A stretch of DNA of 64,000 nucleotides, taken from the NCBI GenBank assembly GCA_964486335.1, contig CAZAMB010000005.1, positions 100,008-164,007 of the forward strand. The letters run 5' to 3'. The number at the start of each line of letters is the position of its first letter. Position 1 is the stretch's first letter. Source of the stretch: an uncultured Phycisphaera sp. (lineage in GTDB: Bacteria; Planctomycetota; Phycisphaerae; UBA1845). Positions 18,941 through 28,659 of this stretch are shown here, piece by piece. Position numbers and translations under genes: made by a program. Under the pieces are notes generated by a model, which was not told where the DNA came from, made no database searches, and saw only the letters and a list, made by a program, of their open reading frames with translations.

Positions 18941-19521
18941 AGACTCAATTAAGTACGAACGCAGAGAGGATTAACCATGGCGTGCCCCTGGCTTCAGCCC
19001 GCGCGGAAAAGGTGTGCAGGACAACGCTCGGATTTCATGGATGACTCGCGTCGTGTTTCGTCGAATCGTGCCGCGATAATCTCTTCACGCTTCAGCACGG
19101 CACGTCACCCTGCAGCGCTTTGTTTCGACGTGCCGGACGAAGCAAGACATTCACAACCTCGGAGCCGCCAGGTCTGAACAGGGCTTTAAGATCATCGATG
19201 ACGGGCTCTGAAAAGAGGTTGGTTTGCAGACCGGCGACAAGGTGGTCGGTGCCGACGTTACCTGCTCATGACCATTCCTCCGTGATCCAGCCCGGAAGTG
19301 TGAGCCAGCGGGTGGATCAGTTTGACGGGGAAGGGTCACGCGAACACCAAGAATCTTCGGAAACCCAAAGCGCTTCCGCCAAACATATGTCAAAACACAG
19401 TCGGCGAAAGCAATCTACTGTGGATTCTTGCGAACCAACGCGGATTTGGTCCGCCGAAGCGGAGAATGTCGAAGCGGATGTAACTCTCGATGAGTGCCAT
19501 AGTTATGGCACCAAAAAAGAC

Positions 19522-19608
<87 letters not shown>

Positions 19609-19862
19609 TAACGAAAACCGATGTACGCCGGGCCGCCACCGCAACCCAGTTGCATCCGCCCAACGTCCGCTTCATGCGGGCTGGCGTTGTACCAGTCTCG
19701 GAGGCGAATCGCAAGGCATACGTTTTGTCCGAATTCTAATCCGAGAAAACGGCGACGGCGCGGTGACTTCACGCACAATCCTTGTGACATTCGCATGAGC
19801 AACCTATCATGCTCGCGGATGCAGGTCGACACGACTGATTAAGGCCTCGAGGGTCCGTTATC

Positions 19863-20642
19863 GTGCATCGTTACAAGCTCTTCTGTCTGATCGGTGGTGT
19901 TGCCGCGATGGCTCCAATGGCCTTGGGGCAGAGCGCCGCGCGCGACGACGAAGCCCAAATCGACCGCATTCTGACCGAGCTGCAGCGGCGAAGCGACGGC
20001 CTCCGCGATATCCGCTGCGATGTGACATTCGTGGACGACGATCGCGTCAACCTCGCCAAGAACATCAAACGCGGGAGCATCCGGCTGCTGATTGCTGATC
20101 CCAACCCGTTTTTCTACGTTCACTTCGATCGAACCGAACTGGACGGGGTCGCGGGTAAACAGGAATGGTATCTGTTTGACGGACGCTGGTTCCATCAGGC
20201 CATCGAGCGACTCGAACGAGTGACGAAACAGGAAATCGCCTCGACGGCTCAGAAGATCGACTTGTTCGATATGGAGACGGCTCCGTTTCCGCTGCCTTTC
20301 GGCCAAAAGAAAGAAAACATACTTAAGAACTTCGACGTTCGCATTCTTCCCCCGACCGGCGGCGACCCGCCGAACACGGATCACTTGATCTGCAATCCCA
20401 AGCCGGAAAGTCGTCTTGCCAGGAAGTACGACCAGCTCGAGCTTTTCGTCCATCGCGAGCTGCGTTTGCCGACGCGAATCGTCGTAACAAAGAACAACGG
20501 GATGGAAGTCAGCACGGCCGACTTTCCCGATCTGTCGGAATCATCCGTGAATACCGGGCTCAAGCTCGGCGACTTCGAAAGACCTTCTGCATGGAGCAAA
20601 TACAAGGAAGTGATCGAGGAACTCGTGCCGGCTGAGGATTAA
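19863..20642 (+). CDS. Hypothetical secreted protein (possibly LolA-like fold)
   Basis: 259 aa with signal peptide MHRYKLFCLIGGVAAMAPMALGQ. There is no motif I can assign. The LolA-like suggestion is a weak impression only. Confidence 0.55.
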   Translation: MHRYKLFCLIGGVAAMAPMALGQSAARDDEAQIDRILTELQRRSDGLRDIRCDVTFVDDDRVNLAKNIKRGSIRLLIADPNPFFYVHFDRTELDGVAGKQEWYLFDGRWFHQAIERLERVTKQEIASTAQKIDLFDMETAPFPLPFGQKKENILKNFDVRILPPTGGDPPNTDHLICNPKPESRLARKYDQLELFVHRELRLPTRIVVTKNNGMEVSTADFPDLSESSVNTGLKLGDFERPSAWSKYKEVIEELVPAED

Positions 20643-20732
20643 TGCACTTACTTGCACTCCGGCAGGGACTTGCCCGCTCCATCATTTGGGCAACTGCGTT
20701 TAGAGTTTCAACGACAGCGGAAAGGATCAACC

Positions 20733-21755
20733 GTGAGAAAACCGGCGGTTCTCGTGACCGGTGCCAGCGGCGAGGTCGGCTTCGGACTCATCGAACGATT
20801 CGATCGCTCGCTTGACTTGCAGATCGTCTCGCTCGACTTGAAAGAACCGCCGCCGCCGATCCGCGCGTTTTGTTCCGCCTCCATCGTCGGCGACATTCTC
20901 GACGAGAATCTTCTGCAGCGACTCGTTACCGAATACGAAATCCACGCGATCTATCATCTGGCCGCACTGCTGAGCACGCGCGCCGAATACACTCCCGAAA
21001 CCGCCCATCGCGTCAACGTCGAGGGCACGCTCAATCTTTTGCGTTTCGCCCATGAGCAGGCCCGTTGGCACGGTAACCCGGTTAAGTTCATCTTTCCCAG
21101 TTCCATCGCCGTTTACGGACTCCCCTCGGTCGAAGCGAAAAATCGGGCCGGTCGCGTCAAGGAAACGGACTGGGTCTTCCCGACGACGATGTACGGTTGC
21201 AACAAGGCCTATTGTGAACACCTCGGTCGATATTATTCGCTTTACTATCGCCAGCTTGCCGCGGAGGCCGTCCCCAGCGGCGTTGACTTTCGATCGGTCC
21301 GCTTCCCGGGGCTCATCAGTGCGGTCACCATGCCCACGGGCGGAACAAGCGATTACGCCGTGGAGATGATCCATGCCGCCGCCCAGAAAAAGCCGTACTC
21401 TTGCTTCGTCGAACCGGAAGCGAAGATCCCTTTCATGGTCATGCCCGATGCGATCAAAGCGTTGATCCAACTGGCGCAAGCACCGGCCGATCGACTCTCA
21501 CAGCGCGTTTACAACGTCGCGTCCTTCGCCCTCACGGCGGCCGAATTGCGTGCCCGCGTGCTGCGCGACTTCCCTGGTGCGCGGATCACATTCGAGCCAG
21601 ACGCCCAGCGGGCCCGAATTGTGCAGACTTGGCCGGAAGACGTGGACGACTCGCCGGCGCGTCGCGACTGGAATTGGTCGCCCGACTTCGATCATATGCG
21701 AGCTTTCGACAACTATCTGATCCCGGAGATTAAGAGACACTATCAATCGTTGTGA
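20733..21755 (+). CDS. NAD-dependent epimerase/dehydratase (L-threonine dehydrogenase-like extended SDR)
   Basis: Motifs: VLVTGASGEVGFGL (Rossmann) and YGCNKAYCEHLGRYY (YxxxK). The likely start is GTG at 20733, preceded by aaagga. The ORF track begins at 20652. Confidence 0.82.
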   Translation: MRKPAVLVTGASGEVGFGLIERFDRSLDLQIVSLDLKEPPPPIRAFCSASIVGDILDENLLQRLVTEYEIHAIYHLAALLSTRAEYTPETAHRVNVEGTLNLLRFAHEQARWHGNPVKFIFPSSIAVYGLPSVEAKNRAGRVKETDWVFPTTMYGCNKAYCEHLGRYYSLYYRQLAAEAVPSGVDFRSVRFPGLISAVTMPTGGTSDYAVEMIHAAAQKKPYSCFVEPEAKIPFMVMPDAIKALIQLAQAPADRLSQRVYNVASFALTAAELRARVLRDFPGARITFEPDAQRARIVQTWPEDVDDSPARRDWNWSPDFDHMRAFDNYLIPEIKRHYQSL

Positions 21756-21781
21756 CGTTGCACGGATTGATGATCGTCCAA

Positions 21782-22978
21782 TCAGACTCGGCGAAATGGT
21801 CCGACGTCGGCTTGGCTCACGCAGACTTCGACATTCGGCAGGAATACCGCTAAACGTTTTGCCAGCGAACCCAGCGCCGGACGCTCGCTCGCCCAATGCC
21901 CGAGCACGATCGCAGAGGCGTCGGCCCGACGAATCGCCAGCGCATCGTGGTGCCGCATTTCGCCGGTCACGACGACGTCGCCAACGCGAAGTCCCGCGCG
22001 AAACGGCAGACTTCCCGAAGCCCCGGCCACGGCAATAACCCGCGAAATCCGATGGTTGGCGTCTCCGACAATTTGAACAGTATCCGCCTTCGTTGAAGCG
22101 TGGAGTTTTCTTGCAAGCGACGCCAGCGTCACGGGGTTGACGAGTGATCCGATGCGCCCGATGCCCCGAACCGGCGGAGCCTTGAGCGGATACACGTCAA
22201 ACGCCGGCTCCTCATAAGGGTGCGCGGCACGCATCGCCGATACGACTTCTGGCAGGCGGCGAGACGGCACAACGACTTCAAGCCGAACTTCTTCAACGGT
22301 TTCGAGCCGCCCGCTCCTGCCCACGGCCGGATTGGTCCCCTTCGTGCCGAAAAACGTGCCCGTACCCTCCGAACGGAAACTGCAACTTTCGTAGTCGCCG
22401 ATGCGACCCGCCCCGGCTGCAAACATCGCGTCGGACACGTTCTCGAGGTGCATCAGCGGAACAAAAACCACAAGCTTGCACTCCGTCGGACCGGGCCGAT
22501 CGACATACTCTAGTGGTTCGGTTTTCGATACCCCGCAAAGCGACATCAATACGTCGTTCGTACCGCCTTCGGCGGCGTCCAGCGCCGTGTGCGTCGAGTA
22601 GATGGCGATCCCATTGTGAATGCATTCGAACACGAGCGACTCCATCCCGGCGCCCGGAGCGGAGAGCGACCCGATCGGTTTGAATATCGGCGGATGGTAG
22701 GCCAGCAGCAGTTCGACGCGCAGGCGGACGGCTTCTTCCAGCACGCGATGCGTCAAGTCAATCGCCACAAGCATTCGACGCACTCGTGCTGCTTGGTCCC
22801 CGGCGAGCAGGCCGACATTGTCCCATGATTGCGCCAGCGCCGTCGGGGCTATCACCTCCATGGCCGCGCGGACGTCCTCAACCGTGCACGCACCGCGACC
22901 TCGCGCGGTTCGCCGCCGAGCGGCTCCGTTGTTTGCAGTCGATCCACTCGAAGGTTTCTTGCTCATGTTCCGCCGCAC
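21782..22978 (-). CDS. Nif3-like dinuclear metal center protein (GTP cyclohydrolase 1 type 2 homologue)
   Basis: 398 aa. Motifs: AQSWDNVGLLAGD, LLAYHPPIF, YSTHTALD, and C-terminal GHWASERP. Confidence 0.85.
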   Translation of the reverse strand: MRRNMSKKPSSGSTANNGAARRRTARGRGACTVEDVRAAMEVIAPTALAQSWDNVGLLAGDQAARVRRMLVAIDLTHRVLEEAVRLRVELLLAYHPPIFKPIGSLSAPGAGMESLVFECIHNGIAIYSTHTALDAAEGGTNDVLMSLCGVSKTEPLEYVDRPGPTECKLVVFVPLMHLENVSDAMFAAGAGRIGDYESCSFRSEGTGTFFGTKGTNPAVGRSGRLETVEEVRLEVVVPSRRLPEVVSAMRAAHPYEEPAFDVYPLKAPPVRGIGRIGSLVNPVTLASLARKLHASTKADTVQIVGDANHRISRVIAVAGASGSLPFRAGLRVGDVVVTGEMRHHDALAIRRADASAIVLGHWASERPALGSLAKRLAVFLPNVEVCVSQADVGPFRRV

Positions 22979-23829
22979 TCCGATTGGATCAGTTTCTGAA
23001 ACTCGTCCCGCATTCTTTGAGTGACAGCACCCACGCGACCGTCAGCGATATCATGTTTTTCGACACGGATCACCGGCACGATGCCCATGATGACATTGGT
23101 CACGAAGACTTCATGGGCATCCAGCAGATCGTCAATGGTCAACGGCGTCTCTTCGACGGAATATCCGCACCGCGGTGCAATCTCCAGCACGGCCTCCCGC
23201 GCGATGCCCGGTAGAACCGGCGTATCCAGCGGCGGCGTGCGAATCACTTGGTTGTGAACGACAAACGCGTTGCTGATCGAACCCTCGGCCAGTTGTCGAC
23301 CCGTTGTAAACCACAGCGACTCAAAACACTTCGCCTGTCTTGCCTCGCGCAGTCCGAGCAGTCTCGGCAAATACGCCGTCGACTTGTGACCCGCGAGCGG
23401 ATCAGTCGGCGACAGTTGAAACGAACAGACGACGACGCCCACGCCTTGTTCATATTGCCGGTCAGGACGTTCGACCATCGGCGCCGCCGAAACACATACC
23501 GTCAACCGCGGTGCGTCCGCGTTCGCGTCGTCGCGCATCGATCCCGCAGACACGGTCAGGCGAACCCTGCCCGTCAGGAGCGAGTTCCGCTTCAGCAATT
23601 GCTCAAGATCATCCGCACTGGGGAGCGACGCTGACTCCATCGGAGCGATCAGCTTCGCGGCGGACCTCTGCAAGCGATCGACGTGCCGATCAAGCCGGAA
23701 TACTCTCCCATTCACGGCCCGCATTGTCTCAAACAGCCCCGCTCCATGCAGAAACGCGCCGTCAAAAACGCTGATTCGGGCTTCGGAATCACTGACAAAC
23801 GAGCCATTGAGATAGACCACCGACGTCAT
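22963..23829 (-). CDS. pabC: Class IV aminotransferase / aminodeoxychorismate lyase
   Basis: 288 aa fold-type IV PLP enzyme (FLHGAGLFETMRA, GHKSTAYL, ITPPL..GVLPGIAR). It overlaps pabB by 4 nt, which supports the PabC assignment. Confidence 0.75.
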   Translation of the reverse strand: MTSVVYLNGSFVSDSEARISVFDGAFLHGAGLFETMRAVNGRVFRLDRHVDRLQRSAAKLIAPMESASLPSADDLEQLLKRNSLLTGRVRLTVSAGSMRDDANADAPRLTVCVSAAPMVERPDRQYEQGVGVVVCSFQLSPTDPLAGHKSTAYLPRLLGLREARQAKCFESLWFTTGRQLAEGSISNAFVVHNQVIRTPPLDTPVLPGIAREAVLEIAPRCGYSVEETPLTIDDLLDAHEVFVTNVIMGIVPVIRVEKHDIADGRVGAVTQRMRDEFQKLIQSECGGT

Positions 23830-25268
23830 GCCACGACAACTCCCGTGCGGCTTCGGCGGGCGACACGGACGGGCTCACCGACGCCCAAGGCCGCGAGCAT
23901 CCCTTCGGACTTGGCGCGAATCTCGTCCAGTTCGACGCTCGGATCGCTCTCGGCCACGATCGCGCCGCCGGCGTACGCGTGAACGAGATTGCCTCGCTGC
24001 AGCATCGTTCGAATGGCGATATTGAACGAGCATCGTCCGTCAAGACCGATCCACCCGATAGATCCGCAGTAGAGCTCACGGGGGGTCGGTTCAAGCTCGC
24101 GAATGATCTGCATTGCCCGCAACTTCGGCGCGCCTGTGATGGACCCGCCCGGAAACGACGCCTCCAGCAGGTCCACCCAACTGCAATTCTGTCGGAGCCG
24201 ACCTTCAACCGTCGCTACGCGGTGAAATACCGTCGGGTGTTCCTCGATTTCACCCGCCTCGGTCACGCGAACCGATCCGAATTCGCACACGCGGCCCAGG
24301 TCGTTGCGGAGTAGATCGACAATCATCGTCAATTCCGCGCGGTCTTTTTCACTTTCTTGCAGTTCAATTCGACGCGCAGCGTCCTTGGTCGGGTCTTCAG
24401 TCCGCGGTCGTGTTCCCTTGATCGGGCGCGTCACCACGATGCCGTCGTCAACGTCGAGAAAAAGTTCCGGCGATGAACACAATACCGCCGAATCGTCCCA
24501 ACGAAGAAACGCCGCATGCGAAGACGGATTGGTTTGTCGAAGGCGTCGGTACACGTTGAGCGGATCCGCGTTCGTTTGAAAGGAGAATCGCCGCGAAAGA
24601 TTGACCTGATACACGTCGCCCGCCTCGATGTACTCGATGGCCCGGCGCACTTTGCGCCGATACGCATCCGGCGGAAAATTGGAGACGGGGAGGCTACTCC
24701 GCAAAAGTGTAAGCTGAGGCGGCGTCAATCCAGCCGCCGCGCGAAGTCGTTTTCGGAGGAGGTCGAGACGGTGGTCCGCGCTGGGACGCCCGTCCGGCCC
24801 ACCCATGGCCCACTCCACCGCACACACAAACCATTGGCCTAGCAAATGATCGAAGACCAGCAAATGGTCGTACAGCCCGAATCGCAACAGCGGGACAGTC
24901 TCCGAATCGGATGGTCGAGGCAAGACCCGCTTGCCCACCAAACCGGCTTCATAGGAAAGATATCCAATCCATCCGCCCACGAAGGGGATCACATCGGGTT
25001 TCCACTGCGTGCCTTCCGGACATTTCGTACAAGCGGCCAGCTTCCGCAAAAACACTATTGGCGACAAGGCGCTTGCGTTTGTAACCGTCATTGTTTCCAC
25101 CGGGTCGCACGCGTAGATCGAAAACCGACCCGCGCGCCATGTCGGTTGAAGCGTTTCGAGCAGGGCGGGTTCCCGCCCCTGAGCGGTCATGACGGCCACC
25201 GCTTCCGAATCGGGTGAATCCGCAGACGGTTCAACAATGAAACGGGACACTCCATATGGCGAGTCCAT
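23826..25268 (-). CDS. pabB: Aminodeoxychorismate / anthranilate synthase component I family
   Basis: 480 aa chorismate-binding domain (GDVYQVNLSRRF, FPGGSITGAPKLRAMQII.ELE, RELYCGSIGWI, YAGGAIVAESDP). Confidence 0.85.
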   Translation of the reverse strand: MDSPYGVSRFIVEPSADSPDSEAVAVMTAQGREPALLETLQPTWRAGRFSIYACDPVETMTVTNASALSPIVFLRKLAACTKCPEGTQWKPDVIPFVGGWIGYLSYEAGLVGKRVLPRPSDSETVPLLRFGLYDHLLVFDHLLGQWFVCAVEWAMGGPDGRPSADHRLDLLRKRLRAAAGLTPPQLTLLRSSLPVSNFPPDAYRRKVRRAIEYIEAGDVYQVNLSRRFSFQTNADPLNVYRRLRQTNPSSHAAFLRWDDSAVLCSSPELFLDVDDGIVVTRPIKGTRPRTEDPTKDAARRIELQESEKDRAELTMIVDLLRNDLGRVCEFGSVRVTEAGEIEEHPTVFHRVATVEGRLRQNCSWVDLLEASFPGGSITGAPKLRAMQIIRELEPTPRELYCGSIGWIGLDGRCSFNIAIRTMLQRGNLVHAYAGGAIVAESDPSVELDEIRAKSEGMLAALGVGEPVRVARRSRTGVVVA

Positions 25269-25390
25269 GATCGCCGAAGTATACTCCGAGACCGTTTTTG
25301 CAACGAGATTGCCTACGTTGACACGCCCGCTGTTGCGGAGTAACCTCTACTTTCAACTGGCGCGGATAAAAAGAAGTTTTTCACAGCAGG

Positions 25391-26707
25391 ATGAGGGTGA
25401 CTCTCATGCGAACTCGGCATCATCGATTTGCATCGGCGATCGCCGCGGCAGGTTGTCTCGCGGCGGGGGTTCTTTTCGGACGGCAAGCGACGAAGGCGCT
25501 GGCGCAAACGGAATCGCGGACAATCATCGGTGAAGGCGAAATCAACGCCAACGACGTGTATGTTCGAAGCGGCGATAGCCTGAATCACTATACGATCTGC
25601 AAGCTTCGCGCAGGCGATCGTGTCACCGTCGTCGGAGAACGCGGTGAATGGTACGAGATTCTTCCTCCCGATGGGTCGTTTTCGCTTGTCTCCGGTGACT
25701 ATGTGGACACGGCCGACAATCAAAAGGGCCTGATCAACGGCAACAACGTTCGCGTCCGTGCCGGGTCTCTTCTCAACGAGAACAAGTACACCGTCCAGAC
25801 CCTTTTGTCGAAGGGTGCCGAAGTATCGATTCTGGGCCGAAACCCTGACGGCTTTCTGCGAATCAAGCCGCCGCAGGGCGCGACGGTCTGGATTAATCGC
25901 TCGTTCGTTCAACTTGCCGCAGACGGGCGACCGTCATCGACGATCAGCGAAACGACAGCGACACCGCTTACCGGCTCAGATTCCCCGGCAAAGCCTGACG
26001 AACCAGTTGACGCTCCTTCCCCGGATGCGATTCCTCAACCCGGCGGAGCAGCTCCCCTCGCCGCGCCTCCTACGATTGCCGCGTCGAAACCTCGAACGGC
26101 CACTTCGGGTGATTCCGACCGTTTGCGCGCGCGACTCGATGAACTCGATCGGATCGTCAAGGAGCAGCTCGCCAAACCGTTCGCTGAACGCCAGTTCGAT
26201 GCGGCATTGACCGGTTTTCGTGAAGTCGCGGCCAGCGGTGACGAGTACATCGGCCAATACGCTGAACGTCGGATTGCCGAAATTGAGACTGCTGTTGAAG
26301 CCGCGGATTCATTTCGTCAGTTCAAACGACTCGACGAGATCGCCGATGCCAAACGACGGGAGTATCGCTCGGCGCGAGCTGCAATTCCCGAAACCGTTCC
26401 GACCCTGCCTACGGGAATCGAGATCAAAGGCGAGCTTCGAGCCAGCGTGTTGTTTCCGCCCGAGTCGGCCAATCCGCGCTATCGCCTGGTCGATCCCAGC
26501 GTTGCCGGAGGTCGGACCATCGGGTATGTGGAAATCCCCGCCGATTCGCCTATCAAAGTAAACGATTTTCTGGGACGTTACGTCGGGGTACGCGCACTTG
26601 AACGGCGCGTACAAAGCGGCGGTGTCGATCCGGTTCCGTTGTTCATTGCCAGCGAGTTGATTCCGCTTGAATCGCCGTTGTCGCCTGCGCCAACCGGCGG
26701 TAATTGA
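25391..26707 (+). CDS. Secreted SH3b-domain protein
   Basis: 438 aa. A signal peptide is followed by two bacterial SH3-like segments (VYVRSGDSLNHYTICKLRAGDRVTVVGERGEWYEI; VRVRAGSLLNENKYTVQTLLSKGAEVSILG), a low-complexity linker and a helical C-terminal part. Confidence 0.7.
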   Translation: MRVTLMRTRHHRFASAIAAAGCLAAGVLFGRQATKALAQTESRTIIGEGEINANDVYVRSGDSLNHYTICKLRAGDRVTVVGERGEWYEILPPDGSFSLVSGDYVDTADNQKGLINGNNVRVRAGSLLNENKYTVQTLLSKGAEVSILGRNPDGFLRIKPPQGATVWINRSFVQLAADGRPSSTISETTATPLTGSDSPAKPDEPVDAPSPDAIPQPGGAAPLAAPPTIAASKPRTATSGDSDRLRARLDELDRIVKEQLAKPFAERQFDAALTGFREVAASGDEYIGQYAERRIAEIETAVEAADSFRQFKRLDEIADAKRREYRSARAAIPETVPTLPTGIEIKGELRASVLFPPESANPRYRLVDPSVAGGRTIGYVEIPADSPIKVNDFLGRYVGVRALERRVQSGGVDPVPLFIASELIPLESPLSPAPTGGN

Positions 26708-26777
26708 AACTCGATGGCACGAAGCCGAAAGACAAGCTTGAGAAACCTGCGGTTGCCCTGAGGAGGAAATTGAAACG

Positions 26778-26954
26778 ATGAAAAGAACGTTGACGCTGCG
26801 AAGGCAACTCACTGCCGTCGTCGGTGCTGGAATGCTGTTTCAGACCGGTGGCTGCATGATCGACACGAATGCTTTGTTCGCTCAGTTAGCAACGTCCGTG
26901 ATCCAGAACGTTCTGGCAACATTTATTTTTGGCGCGTTCAACTTGGTACCTTGA
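26778..26954 (+). CDS. Small (58 aa) putative exported peptide
   Basis: Below the ORF-track cut-off. aggagg lies 8 nt upstream of the ATG at 26778. Translation: MKRTLTLRRQLTAVVGAGMLFQTGGCMIDTNALFAQLATSVIQNVLATFIFGAFNLVP. It has a basic N-terminus, a hydrophobic core and a Gly-Gly-Cys. Confidence 0.4.
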   Translation: MKRTLTLRRQLTAVVGAGMLFQTGGCMIDTNALFAQLATSVIQNVLATFIFGAFNLVP

Positions 26955-27204
26955 TCGACGGATTGTGAGCCGTCTACGCCGATGACGTTTGGCTGGGACA
27001 ATAGAGAAGTCCCTTCAGCCGTGTTCATCCTTGGCAAGCTATGGCTGAGCGCCTGCGGACGACTCCGAAGGAGATCGGGTTGTTGGCGCTTTAAGGGAAC
27101 TGCGGGCGTTTTTGAAGTGACTGACTGACCAATGAGTGCTCACGTCTTTGGGGCGGCGTGCTAAGTAAGACCATTTCCGACGTTTTCTCTTGCTACAGGC
27201 GGCT

Positions 27205-28482
27205 CTATCCCGTGCCTAGCGAAAGGGGTTTTTGGCAGTTGGGACAGATAATGGATTGCATACGTGACCAGCGCTGGGCGAGTGCATTCTCGCGGCGCGT
27301 AATCTCGTCGATCCGCTTCTGCAATTCGACTTCGCGTTCAGCGGCTTCGCGTTTAGCAACGGCAAGCGCATCTGCTTCGGTCTGAATTCGCGCGCCATGC
27401 TCGAACAACTCGCGCTCACGCTGGGCGAGCTTGTCGTTGAACTGAGTGATATCATGGAGTTGACCTCGTAGCGCGGCGTCGCGGGCGTCGAGTTCCGCCT
27501 CGCGTGTTTTCAGTCCGGATTGTTGTTCGTCAATGTGTCCCGCGTCTCGCTGCAACTGGGCGCGCCACTGGTTCAATCGCTGCCACGCATCGGCGATATT
27601 GGTGTTGATCGGGTCCAGTTTCGGTCCAGCATTCGGTTCGACCACACTCTCTTCGTCGTTCGTCGGTTCGTTCACCGCGGGTTTAGCGCCAACTGACGTG
27701 GATGGTGTCGATTGTGCGCGGGACTGCGTGGTCGCACCGCCGCAGGGGGTCGGTCTGGATTCGTTCATCTGCACGGCCAGCCCAAACGGACCGACCGTCA
27801 GGCGGTCGCCATTGGAGAGTGGATGCATTTCGCATCGCCGGCCGTTAACCCACACGCCGGAGCGACTTCCAAGATCATACAGGGCCGACCCGTCGCCGAA
27901 GCGAAATATGACGGCATGACGCATGGAAATGTCCGTGTGGTCGAGTCGAACGCCGGCCTTTTCGTGTCGTCCGATGAGGGCGGCGGCGGATTCAATTTTC
28001 CAGCTTCGCTCCGCATGAATGAGCGACAGAGTAATGGGCTGGGGAAGGCTCGTGGGCTCGATGAACTCCATTCCGCAGCCGGAATCGTCAGTCTCGCCGG
28101 CGGGGACGCGGATGGCGACCTGAATCATGCTGTCGCCGATGGAAATCACGTCGCCATCGTTGAGCGCGACGAGTTCGATTTTCTCTTTGTTGCGGCAGGT
28201 TCCATTGGTTGTGTGCAAGTCAAAGAGCAGGACGTCCTTGCCCGTGTTCACGATCGCACAATGAGCGACGCTGATGTCTCGATCGTGAAGTACGATGTGG
28301 GCCGGTCGCTTCGAACCAACCAATGTGACTGGACGACGTAGATTCCATGTTTTTTGACCGGCCGATCCGAACCCCGCCGTAATGCGCACTTGCGGCGCCG
28401 AGGGCGGCAATTCGATGGTCGGCTCCGCGAGTACGTTGGCGGCCTGGCTCATGGTCTGTTTCCCCTGCGTGGTCTCGGGCAT
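27205..28482 (-). CDS. Double-FHA-domain protein with coiled coil and C-terminal zinc-ribbon
   Basis: Two FHA-like modules are present (VGSKRPAHIVLHDRDISVAHCAIVNTGKDVLLFDLHTTNGTCRN; IGRHEKAGVRLDHTDISMRHAVIFRFGDGSALYDLGSRSGVWVNG). A long coiled coil follows, ending in CPNCQKPL. The start is taken at 28482 or 28452. The 5' part of ORF 27205..29232 is discounted because it is antisense to surE. Confidence 0.82.
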   Translation of the reverse strand: MPETTQGKQTMSQAANVLAEPTIELPPSAPQVRITAGFGSAGQKTWNLRRPVTLVGSKRPAHIVLHDRDISVAHCAIVNTGKDVLLFDLHTTNGTCRNKEKIELVALNDGDVISIGDSMIQVAIRVPAGETDDSGCGMEFIEPTSLPQPITLSLIHAERSWKIESAAALIGRHEKAGVRLDHTDISMRHAVIFRFGDGSALYDLGSRSGVWVNGRRCEMHPLSNGDRLTVGPFGLAVQMNESRPTPCGGATTQSRAQSTPSTSVGAKPAVNEPTNDEESVVEPNAGPKLDPINTNIADAWQRLNQWRAQLQRDAGHIDEQQSGLKTREAELDARDAALRGQLHDITQFNDKLAQRERELFEHGARIQTEADALAVAKREAAEREVELQKRIDEITRRENALAQRWSRMQSIICPNCQKPLSLGTG

Positions 28483-28659
28483 CGACGCCGACGTGAGCCG
28501 AATCTCGACGGAGGCGACAGACTGCGGCACGGGCCCTGTGGTCCGGTCGACCGCACGACCTGCGCAATCTGGAGTGCCGAATCCAAATAGTAAGGTACAA
28601 TTGGCAAGAGCGGCGCGGCAAATGTCGCCGAGAACGACGTCCGGAAACGTAGGGCAGGC

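Noticed and set aside
19095-19265. Protein-like frame on the minus strand (..VGTDHLVAGLQTNLFSEPVIDDLKALFRPGGSEVVNVLLRPARRNKALQGDVPC) in the ~580-nt gap between yggS and tRNA-Ser
   Set aside because: It is bounded by stops with no usable start codon near its 5' end. I could recognise no family. It may be a gene remnant, but I cannot support a feature.
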